NCBI GenBank assembly: GCA_041395905.1 | Contig: JAWKZP010000011.1 | Span: forward strand, 769-64,768 | Length of the DNA stretch: 64,000 bases | Source of the DNA: Pseudomonadales bacterium | Lineage (GTDB): Bacteria; Pseudomonadota; Gammaproteobacteria; Pseudomonadales; Azotimanducaceae | Direction of reading: 5' to 3' | Shown here: one piece after another, positions 56,632 to 64,000 of the stretch | Layout of the letters: every line of letters begins with the position of its first letter | Numbering within the stretch: the stretch's first letter is position 1 | Notes under the pieces: model-generated | What the model was told of the DNA's origin: nothing | Database searches by the model: none | The model's input: the letters and a program-made list of their open reading frames with translations, nothing else | Position numbers and translations under genes: made by a program

Positions 56632-57324
56632 TCAGCCTTCCCCGTTCCGGCCGAAGCTCCGATCGATCTGGATCAGGCCCTGCTGCACTGCTTCGAACAC
56701 GGCCTCGCTGCGCGAGCGCACCGCCAGCTTGCGGTAGATGTTCTTGATGTGCGAGTTCACGGTGTGGAAGGAGAGCTGCAGCAGATCGCCGATCTCGGCA
56801 TTGCTGCAGCCCCGCGCCACCAGATCCAGGACCTCGCGTTCACGAGGCGTCAGAGAAACCGCCGGCTCGACCGTCTCGCCCGCTGCTTCGGGTACACGGA
56901 ACCGGCGCAGCAGATGGCGAGCGATGGCGGTGCTGATCGGGGAACCGCCCGCCAGCAGATCATGAATGGCTTTGGACACCGAGGGTGCGTCGGCATCCTT
57001 GAGCAGGTAGCCGGTGGCGCCGGCCTCGATGGCCCGGACCACATGGCGCTCGTCCCCGAACACCGTCATCACCATCACTTCGATGGGCGGATCGCGCGCC
57101 ACGGCAAACCGGATGAGGTCCGTTCCGTCTCCGTCCGGCAGCCCCAGATCGATGAGCGCGACGCGGGCATCCGTGACGTCGAGTACCGTGCTTGCTTCTT
57201 CAAATCCGGCACACACCGCAGCGAGCCGAAGGCCCGGATCGTCGCGGACCTTGTCCGCCCAGTCATCACGGGTAACCGGATCGTCCTCGACGATCATCAC
57301 CGGAACGGGACCTTCCTCCTGCAT
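56632..57324 (-). CDS. Response regulator, NarL/LuxR family
   Basis: ATG 57324. The receiver carries the phospho-acceptor context ALIDLGLPDGDG. The C-terminal LuxR HTH reads LTPREREVLDLVARGCSNAEIGDLLQLSFHTVNSHIKNIYRKL. A 1-nt gap separates it from the kinase gene. Confidence 0.9.
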   Translation of the reverse strand: MQEEGPVPVMIVEDDPVTRDDWADKVRDDPGLRLAAVCAGFEEASTVLDVTDARVALIDLGLPDGDGTDLIRFAVARDPPIEVMVMTVFGDERHVVRAIEAGATGYLLKDADAPSVSKAIHDLLAGGSPISTAIARHLLRRFRVPEAAGETVEPAVSLTPREREVLDLVARGCSNAEIGDLLQLSFHTVNSHIKNIYRKLAVRSRSEAVFEAVQQGLIQIDRSFGRNGEG

Positions 57325-57459
57325 GGAACCCTTCCTCTGAGGGTCATCGGAGTATAACGCCAGTCCATCGCCGCACCCTCCCTCGATCGAGGGAGGGTGC
57401 ACGTCCCCGCGGTTTGGGGCATTCTCGCATGCACCTCAGTCGCTACTGCGAGAAACACG

Positions 57460-58431
57460 ATGGGGGCCGTCCAAAGTCTCTTGCTGTTGCTGTGGTTCGG
57501 CATGCTGGCGCCCACCACCGCGGCAGCTGCAACCTCAGTCACCGTAGACGTCATCAAGCAACCCTACGGCGGCGCGCGCAACGTGCCGGAGCTGTCCGCT
57601 AATCCGGACTACATTCATGCTGCGGGTCTCGAACGGCGACTCAACGACTGGGGCGCGCAGCTGGTCCGGCCGGTGCAGGACATCCGCCTCACGGCGGCAC
57701 AGAACGCCGAGTACGGCGCCTGGCACCGTATGGCGCTCGCCAACGGCAACATGGCCGCGGCGGTCCGTCAGAGTCGCGACCGGGCCGACCTGGTCGTCGG
57801 CCTGGAAGCCAACTGCAACGTGCTGCTCGGCATGCTGGCCGGGCTGAAGTACGACCCGAGCGGCCGGGCGCGGCGGGTCGGCCTGGTGTTCATCGACGCC
57901 CACGGGGATTTCAACACGCCGGAAACCACGCTGTCGGGGATGCTCGGCGGCATGCCGGTGGCGGTTGCGGCCGGACACGCGCTTCACAATCTGCGCACGA
58001 CATCGGGGCTCGTCGAGCCGCTGCCGATGGACGCCATCCTCTGGGGCGGCGTGCGGGACCTGGATGCGCTGGAGGCAGAGCGATTTGCGGCCTACGACGC
58101 GCACCAGGTCTCGGTGCAGGATTTGCGCGAGCGCTCGCCGAAGCTGCGGCAGGCATTCGGTCAGCTGGCGGATCAGGTCGACGCCGTTTACGTGCACGTC
58201 GACATGGACGTCCTGGACCCGGCGGAGGTGCCCGGTCACACGCTCGCCGTGGCCGACGGACCCACCAGCCGCCAGCTGGCCGGGGCCATCAGCTGGATGT
58301 TCGAACACCCTAAGGCCGTGGCGCTCGGCATCGCCTCGACCCCAGCCGGGTCGCTCGACCCGCAGGGCGTGAGCCGCCAGGCCGCGCTGAACCTCATCGA
58401 AGGGGCCGTTGCCGGCATCAAGCGCCGCTGA
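57460..58431 (+). CDS. Arginase/ureohydrolase-family protein with an N-terminal signal-like peptide
   Basis: ATG 57460 (MGAVQSLLLLLWFGMLAPTTAAAA). The metal motifs FIDAHGDFNT (DxHxD) and YVHVDMDVLDP (DxD) are present. The usual upstream GGDHS-type motif is not evident (EANCN in the expected place). Confidence 0.75.
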   Translation: MGAVQSLLLLLWFGMLAPTTAAAATSVTVDVIKQPYGGARNVPELSANPDYIHAAGLERRLNDWGAQLVRPVQDIRLTAAQNAEYGAWHRMALANGNMAAAVRQSRDRADLVVGLEANCNVLLGMLAGLKYDPSGRARRVGLVFIDAHGDFNTPETTLSGMLGGMPVAVAAGHALHNLRTTSGLVEPLPMDAILWGGVRDLDALEAERFAAYDAHQVSVQDLRERSPKLRQAFGQLADQVDAVYVHVDMDVLDPAEVPGHTLAVADGPTSRQLAGAISWMFEHPKAVALGIASTPAGSLDPQGVSRQAALNLIEGAVAGIKRR

Positions 58432-58476
58432 ACGGTGGCGCTGGCCCCTCGTGCGGACAAGCGCATCGAACCGGAA

Positions 58477-59472
58477 TCACATCAGCACCTGCTTGGCGGG
58501 CGCCCCGGGCACCTCGCGCGCCAGACGCGGCAGCAGGTAGCCCGGCAGCCGCGCGCGCAGCTCGGTGACCAGGGCGCGGGCCCGGGCTTCGCTCACGGCA
58601 AAGTGATGGGTGCCGAGCACCTGGTCCGGCAGATGCAGGTAGTACGGCAGCGCACCAGCATGGAACAACCGCTCGCTGAGCGCGGCCAGTGCAGCCACCG
58701 AGTCGTTGACGCCCGCAAGCAGGACACTCTGATTGAGCACGACGATTCCCGCATCGCGCAGCGCCAGCGTCGCGGTTCTGAAGTCCGCATCGATCTCGTT
58801 GGCGTGATTGACGTGGAGCACCATCACCGGCGTTGCGCGGCTCGCGCGCAGGCGCTCGATCAGCGCCGACGTGACCCGTTGCGGAATCACAACCGGCAGC
58901 CGCGAATGGATGCGCAGGCGGGTGACATGGGGAACGGCGTCGATGCCTGCGATCAGCCGCGACAGCACGGCGTCTTTCAGCATCAGCGGATCGCCGCCGG
59001 ACAGAATCAGCTCGCTGATGCCGGGGTCGTCCGCGACCTGCTGCAGGCCGGGAAAACTGCTGTGCTGCCGGTGCTCGGTATAGGGAAAGTGACGGCGGAA
59101 GCAGTAGCGACAATGGACGGCGCAGGCCGGCGCCGCCATGAGCAACGCCCGACCCTGATACTTCTGGACCAGACCGGGGGCGCGCGCAAACGAACGCTCC
59201 TCGAGAGGATCGAGCTGATAGCCGCTCAACACCCGGTGCTCTTCCCGCAGCGGCAGCACCTGGCGCAGCAGCGGATCGGCAGGATCGCCCCTGGCCATGC
59301 GTGCAACGAAAGGTTCCGGTACCCGCAGAGGGAAGGTCGGATCGGTATCCACGTCGAGATCGGCCGCGCGCAGATCGAGTCGGCCGAGCAGGTCGTCCAG
59401 ATCGACGACCGCCGCGCGCAGCAGCTCGCCCCAGCGTTGCTCAGGCCAGGGCAATCGGCCAGATTGGATCAA
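58477..59472 (-). CDS. epmB: EF-P beta-lysylation protein EpmB (lysine 2,3-aminomutase-like radical SAM)
   Basis: TTG start. Radical-SAM CAVHCRYCFRRHF, SGGDPL, and overall KamA-family length (331 aa). Confidence 0.88.
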   Translation of the reverse strand: MIQSGRLPWPEQRWGELLRAAVVDLDDLLGRLDLRAADLDVDTDPTFPLRVPEPFVARMARGDPADPLLRQVLPLREEHRVLSGYQLDPLEERSFARAPGLVQKYQGRALLMAAPACAVHCRYCFRRHFPYTEHRQHSSFPGLQQVADDPGISELILSGGDPLMLKDAVLSRLIAGIDAVPHVTRLRIHSRLPVVIPQRVTSALIERLRASRATPVMVLHVNHANEIDADFRTATLALRDAGIVVLNQSVLLAGVNDSVAALAALSERLFHAGALPYYLHLPDQVLGTHHFAVSEARARALVTELRARLPGYLLPRLAREVPGAPAKQVLM

Positions 59473-59479
59473 GGTTGCG

Positions 59480-61132
59480 TCAGCCCGCCTTGTCGCGCAG
59501 GTCCGGCAGCAGGTAACCCTGATCGGCCAGATTGGCGCGCACGACCTTCTTGTCCATCTTGCCCGTGGACGTCAGCGGAATGCTGTCGACGTAGAGCACG
59601 TCGTCCGGCAGCTGCCACTTTGCGAACTTGCCGGCGCAGTGGGCCAGCACCTCGTCCTTGCTGACCTGGGCGCCGTCCTGCAGCACCAGCAGCGCCACCG
59701 GGCGCTCGTCCCACTTCGGATGCGGCTGGGCAACCACGCAGGCCTGGGCAATGCCGGGCAGCGCCACGATGTGATTCTCCAGATCCACCGAAGAGATCCA
59801 CTCGCCGCCGCTCTTCACCAGGTCCTTGGAACGGTCGCTGATGATCAGGTACTCGTCGGGGTCGATCATCCCCACGTCGCCGGTGATGAGCCAGCCGTCG
59901 TGGAACTTCTCCGGCTGCGGGTTGTTGTAGTACTCCGAGCAGATCCACGGGCCGCGTATCAGGATCTCGCCGACCGTCTTGCCGTCGTGGGGCACGCGAT
60001 TGAAGTTGTCGTCGAATATCTCGACCTCGATGCCGGGCATGATCTGACCGGCCTTGGCCACGTTCTGGAAGCGCTGGTCCTCGTCGAGCGCGAGCTGCGA
60101 ACGCTTCATGACCCGGCGCGACAGCGTCGCCAGCGGTGACGTTTCGGTCATGCCCCAGCCCTGCACCATCTCCACCCCGAGGGTGTCCCAGTACCAGCGG
60201 ATCAGCGAAGGCGGCGGCGCGGAACCGCCGCAGGTGAGACGCGACAGGTGCGACAGGTCGTATTTGCCCGGATTGGCTTCATAGATGGCCTTCACGCCCT
60301 GCCAGATGGTCGGCACGCCCGCCGAGACGGTGACCTGCTCGTCGGCGAGCAGCTGAATCAGTCGCGCGGGATCCATGAAGCGGTGTGGCATCACCTGCTT
60401 GCAGCCGAGCATCAGCGCCGACCAGGGCAGGCCCCAGCCCATGGCATGGAACATGGGCACGATGCCGAGCAGGCAGTCGGTGGCCGACAGGTTCATGCTG
60501 TCGGTCATGCACTGAGTCAGCGTGTGCAGATACTGGGAGCGATGCTCGTACTCCACGCCCTTGGGATTGCCCGTCGTACCGCTGGTGTAGCACAGACCCA
60601 GCGGCGAGTTCTCGTCGATCTCCGGCCACTGGAACCGCGTCGGCTTGCCGGCGATGAAGGCCTCGTAGTCAACCGGTTCCGGCAGGTCCGTCTGCCAGCC
60701 TTCGCAGCCGGGCTCCGTGGCCACGATGATGCGCTCCACGCTGGGCATGCGGCCCTTGAGCTTCTCCAGCAGCGGCAGCGCGTCTGCATCCGCGATGATC
60801 AGCCGGTCCTGAGCGTGATCGATGATGTACTCGAGATCGGTATCGGACAGGCGGATGTTCAGCGTGTGCAGCACCGCACCCATCCCGGCGCAGGCGTGGT
60901 AGGCCTCCAGATGACGGGCGCCGTTCCACATGAAGGTGCCCACCCGATCCCCCACCCGGATGCCGGCGTCCGCAAGCGCATGCGCCAGCTGATGGGCCCG
61001 GTCACGGGTCTCGGCATAGGTCTGCCGACGCACGCCGCTGGTCGTCGCCGTGACGATTTCCTCGCCCGGCGCGACCTTGGCACCGCGATCGAGGATCCTG
61101 GACATCAACAGGGGCGTGTGCTGCATTGCCAT
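59480..61132 (-). CDS. Acyl-CoA synthetase / fatty-acid--CoA ligase (AMP-binding family)
   Basis: ATG 61132 (or 61126). AMP-binding motif I YTSGTTGNPKGV, motif II-like YGMTE equivalent (GWGMTET), GDVG, and SGGEWIS. Confidence 0.9.
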   Translation of the reverse strand: MAMQHTPLLMSRILDRGAKVAPGEEIVTATTSGVRRQTYAETRDRAHQLAHALADAGIRVGDRVGTFMWNGARHLEAYHACAGMGAVLHTLNIRLSDTDLEYIIDHAQDRLIIADADALPLLEKLKGRMPSVERIIVATEPGCEGWQTDLPEPVDYEAFIAGKPTRFQWPEIDENSPLGLCYTSGTTGNPKGVEYEHRSQYLHTLTQCMTDSMNLSATDCLLGIVPMFHAMGWGLPWSALMLGCKQVMPHRFMDPARLIQLLADEQVTVSAGVPTIWQGVKAIYEANPGKYDLSHLSRLTCGGSAPPPSLIRWYWDTLGVEMVQGWGMTETSPLATLSRRVMKRSQLALDEDQRFQNVAKAGQIMPGIEVEIFDDNFNRVPHDGKTVGEILIRGPWICSEYYNNPQPEKFHDGWLITGDVGMIDPDEYLIISDRSKDLVKSGGEWISSVDLENHIVALPGIAQACVVAQPHPKWDERPVALLVLQDGAQVSKDEVLAHCAGKFAKWQLPDDVLYVDSIPLTSTGKMDKKVVRANLADQGYLLPDLRDKAG

Positions 61133-61223
61133 GAAAGAGTCCTCCCAATATGCTTCGGGGTTTTGCGAGCGCGAAAGTGTACCACCACACAGGCGCGCAC
61201 CAACGTCTGAGCACGCCCGGAGC

Positions 61224-61664
61224 ATGGAAGACTATCTGCAGCAGATCCCGCACGCGGCCGCCATCGGCATGCGCCTGATCAGCCACGACGAATCCGGCTG
61301 CCTGGTCCGAATCCCCTATGCCGGGCACCTGGTAGGAGACCCGGACACCGGCGTGGTGCACGGCGGGGTGCTGACCGCGCTCCTGGACAACACCTGCGGC
61401 ATCGCCGTGCGTCCGCCGGACGCCGAGCGCGGCGCGGTCGTCATGGCAACGCTGGATCTGCGAATCGACTACATGGGTCCCGCCGAGCCGCACCGCGACA
61501 TCTTTGCCCACGCCCTGTGCTACAAGCGCACGCGCAACATCGCGTTCGTGCGCGCTACCGCCTACCAGGATTCTCCGGACGAACCCGTGGCCACCTGTGT
61601 GGCCAGCTTCATGCTGGGCACCGCACCGGGCCAGGCTGAGGTCCAGACCGGAGGCGAGGCGTGA
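61224..61664 (+). CDS. PaaI-family hotdog-fold thioesterase
   Basis: ATG 61224. ...GHLVGDPDTGVVHGGVLTALLDNTCG... is typical of PaaI/YbdB thioesterases. Confidence 0.8.
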   Translation: MEDYLQQIPHAAAIGMRLISHDESGCLVRIPYAGHLVGDPDTGVVHGGVLTALLDNTCGIAVRPPDAERGAVVMATLDLRIDYMGPAEPHRDIFAHALCYKRTRNIAFVRATAYQDSPDEPVATCVASFMLGTAPGQAEVQTGGEA

Positions 61665-62098
61665 AGTTTCTCGCCGAGCTGCGCGCGCAGAACCGGGGCA
61701 CCGACATGCAGGCGGTGATCGACAACATCCCCTATGCCCGGTTTCTCGGCATCCAGGTGGATCAGAAGGGCAATGAGATCACCACCGTCATGCCGTTCCG
61801 GCACGAACTGGTGGGCAACGTCATGCTGCCGGCCCTGCATGGCGGCGTGATCGGCGCGTTTCTCGAGATCACCTCGCTGATCCAGCTGCTGTACGATTCG
61901 GCCTGCGAGCGGTTGCCGAAGACGGTGGATGTGTCCATCGACTACCTGCGTTCCGGCCGTGCGCAGCCCACCTACGGCCGCGCCGTGGTGACCCGCCACG
62001 GCCGCCGTGTCGCCAACGTGCGCGCGGAAATCTGGCAGGAAGAGCGGGCCAAGCCCATCGCCGCGAGTCACGGCCACTTTCTGCTGACCCCGCTGTGA
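61661..62098 (+). CDS. PaaI-family hotdog-fold thioesterase (second, tandem copy)
   Basis: GTG 61661 overlaps the upstream stop (GTGA). ...NVMLPALHGGVIGAFLEITS... Confidence 0.8.
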   Translation: MKFLAELRAQNRGTDMQAVIDNIPYARFLGIQVDQKGNEITTVMPFRHELVGNVMLPALHGGVIGAFLEITSLIQLLYDSACERLPKTVDVSIDYLRSGRAQPTYGRAVVTRHGRRVANVRAEIWQEERAKPIAASHGHFLLTPL

Positions 62099-62131
62099 CC
62101 CGGGTCCGCGCGCCCGCCCGGGCCGCGGCGC

Positions 62132-63727
62132 TCAGCCCGGCGAACGAAACGCCTGATCGTGCCGCAACTGCGCACGCAGCTCGCCGATCTCGCGCACGCG
62201 CCGCGCATCGTCCCACCCGCACAGGCGCGCCATGCGCTCGGCGCAGGGTTCGATGAGCGCCTCGAGCTGCGCCGGCAGAAACCAGACCACGCGCAGGCGC
62301 CGGTAGAGCAGGTCCTCGAGGCTCTCAGCGCCCTCTTCGAGCACGGCCCAGTCCACTTCCTCGGCGAACACCGAGGGCGCGAGCGGCCTCGGCTGGTCGC
62401 CGAGCACATCGTTGACCTCGGATCCGTACAAGCGCACGAGCCGTGCCGCAACCCCGGGTTCCAGCTGGTAGCGACGCTCCGTCTCCTGCTGCAGCGCCGC
62501 GAGATCCTCGATGTCACCGCCCGGCAGCGGCGCCAGCGGGTCCGCCATGCTCACCGTCGTGCCCAGCACCTGGGCCACCGCGTCCATCGCCTGCTCGGCC
62601 ATCTTGCGAAAGCCGGTCAGCTTGCCGCCCGCGATGCTCACCAGACGCCCGTCACGCCAGATCTCGTCACGGCGCGACATCTCCTTCGGCGCCTTGCCCG
62701 GCTGATTGACCAGCGGGCGCAGTCCTGCCCAGGTGCTCAGCACGTCGTCGACGCCCAGCTGCACGTCCGTGAAGTGGGCGTTGAGCGTCTCCAGCAGGTA
62801 GTCGATCTCGTCCGCCCGCACGTCGGGCCACAGCGCCGCCGCCCCGGCGAAGGTGGTGTCGGTGGTACCCACGTAGACCACCTCGCCACGTGGAATGGCG
62901 AACACCGGCCGGCCATCGGCCGCGGTCATCATCACCATGTTGCGGATCGGCAGACGGGCCAGGTCCAACACCAGATGCACCCCTTTGGACAGGTGCAGCC
63001 GCGGCGAAGTGCCATCCGCCGCCAGCAGGCTCTCGACCCAGGGACCCGCCGCATTCACCGCCGCGCGACCGGTCAGCTCGTGGATGCTGCCGTCGCGGCG
63101 GTCACACACCCGCAGGCGCACCGCGTCCGGTTGCGACTCGGCCTGCTCGACCCGCGTCCGGCTGCACAGCCTGGCGCCGTCGCGGGCGGCCGCGCGCAGC
63201 GTTGCCAGCACCAGGCGCGCATCGTCCGTGAGGTACTCGCGATAGGCGCACACCCAGTGCAGCAGGCCGCGATCGAGCAGCGGTTCCGAGCGCGCCATCT
63301 CGGCTCGGTTCCAGTTGTGGTGCCGTTCGGGCGGCGCCACGGCACCCAGCCGCTCGTACAGGCTGATGCCCACGCGCAGCTTCCAATACTCCAGGCGGTT
63401 GCGTGCCGGCACCAGCATCCAGCGCGGTTCCGTCAGATGTGGCGCCATGCGCAGCACGCTCTTGCGCTCCAGCGCGCCTTCCCTGACCAGCGCGACGTCA
63501 CCCATGGCCAGGTAGCGCAAGCCGCCGTGAATCAGTTTGGTGGAACGGCTCGAGGTGCCGGCGGCGAAGTCGTCCGCCTCCAGCAGCAAAGTCGACAGAC
63601 CTGCCTGAGCGGCATGACGGGCAATGCCGGCGCCGGTGATGCCGCCGCCGATCACGATCAGATCGAACCGTTCGCCGGTAAGGTCCGCGAGCCGCTGCGC
63701 ATTGAGCCGGGTGGCACGTCCGGTCAT
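62132..63727 (-). CDS. glpD: FAD-dependent glycerol-3-phosphate dehydrogenase
   Basis: ATG 63727. FDLIVIGGGITGAGIARHAAQAGLSTLLLEADDFAAGTSSRSTKLIHGGLRYL. 531 aa. Confidence 0.9.
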   Translation of the reverse strand: MTGRATRLNAQRLADLTGERFDLIVIGGGITGAGIARHAAQAGLSTLLLEADDFAAGTSSRSTKLIHGGLRYLAMGDVALVREGALERKSVLRMAPHLTEPRWMLVPARNRLEYWKLRVGISLYERLGAVAPPERHHNWNRAEMARSEPLLDRGLLHWVCAYREYLTDDARLVLATLRAAARDGARLCSRTRVEQAESQPDAVRLRVCDRRDGSIHELTGRAAVNAAGPWVESLLAADGTSPRLHLSKGVHLVLDLARLPIRNMVMMTAADGRPVFAIPRGEVVYVGTTDTTFAGAAALWPDVRADEIDYLLETLNAHFTDVQLGVDDVLSTWAGLRPLVNQPGKAPKEMSRRDEIWRDGRLVSIAGGKLTGFRKMAEQAMDAVAQVLGTTVSMADPLAPLPGGDIEDLAALQQETERRYQLEPGVAARLVRLYGSEVNDVLGDQPRPLAPSVFAEEVDWAVLEEGAESLEDLLYRRLRVVWFLPAQLEALIEPCAERMARLCGWDDARRVREIGELRAQLRHDQAFRSPG

Positions 63728-64000
63728 CTTCCACGCACTCCGAGCGCCAGCTGAAACACGACGTCGGAACTGGTCTGGCTGCGCAGATCCTCGGCCACGC
63801 CCAGTTCCAGCCACAGCTTCGGCGAAAACCACCAGCGCCCGCCGAGCGTGCCCTGCAGCGCCCACTCGGCCACCTGCGGCACGGCCGTGTCCAGCAGGTC
63901 GCCGTGGCCGTCGAGCTGAGCGAGCAGCGCCAGACGCGGACCCAGCCGGTACTGCAGGCCGACATGACCGAACAGGGCGGCGCCCTCCTGAGCCCACCCG
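63724..64000 (-). CDS. C-terminal fragment of a hypothetical (possibly outer-membrane beta-strand) protein; 5' end outside the window
   Basis: Not in the ORF track because there is no start codon in the window. The frame is open from 63999: GWAQEGAALFGHVGLQYRLGPRLALLAQLDGHGD...WWFSPKLWLELGVAEDLRSQTSSDVVFQLALGVRGR*. High GC3. The stop overlaps the glpD start (ATGA). Confidence 0.45.
   Translation of the reverse strand, partial: GWAQEGAALFGHVGLQYRLGPRLALLAQLDGHGDLLDTAVPQVAEWALQGTLGGRWWFSPKLWLELGVAEDLRSQTSSDVVFQLALGVRGR

Noticed and set aside
1-64000. Search for mobile elements, prophage remnants, a defence island, tRNA/rRNA genes or compositional islands.
   Set aside because: There are no transposase, integrase, phage or restriction-type ORFs, no tRNA-like cloverleaf candidates noticed in the intergenic gaps, and uniformly high GC. 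The only exception is the short AT-rich dabB/LysR promoter patch.

Overview
Very GC-rich (not computed), strongly GC3-biased bacterial chromosomal segment. Gene content suggests a gammaproteobacterium, but that is inference only. It is densely packed with about 58 protein-coding genes on both strands. I found no rRNA, tRNA, CRISPR array, transposase, integrase or phage genes, so it reads as core chromosome rather than an island.

Recognisable content:
- a MacAB-like efflux module, Kup, PBP7, YghU, YchJ and Uup
- a three-subunit molybdenum hydroxylase operon followed by a MoaD/ThiS-like GG protein and a ParA-like ATPase
- glutaredoxin and DsbA
- a dabB-dabA (DAB-type inorganic-carbon pump) operon divergent from an NhaR-like LysR regulator
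- a TonB-dependent receptor behind a clear TPP (THI-box) riboswitch
- PBP1B with an overlapping LpoP-like TPR lipoprotein
- glcDEF plus an MFS transporter
- an ABC-2 transporter triad, several acyl-CoA-type metabolic enzymes, EpmB and GlpD

The most unusual locus is 49.6-58.4 kb. It encodes an exported Sel1/coiled-coil/caspase (C14) protein divergent from a small Cys-containing secreted protein and a lipoprotein carrying about 18 YGQT-type hexapeptide repeats fused to a DUF4384-like domain. Next to it sit a 7TMR-DISM histidine kinase, a NarL-type regulator and a signal-peptide-bearing arginase-family protein.

Other signals: a 17-bp tandem repeat array in a divergent promoter (about 37.0 kb), and five apparent single-base gaps in three genes (glcD x3, an exported protein, the DUF4384 gene). 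These point either to homopolymer assembly errors or to real gene decay. All calls come from reading the supplied translations and DNA by eye; no searches were run.
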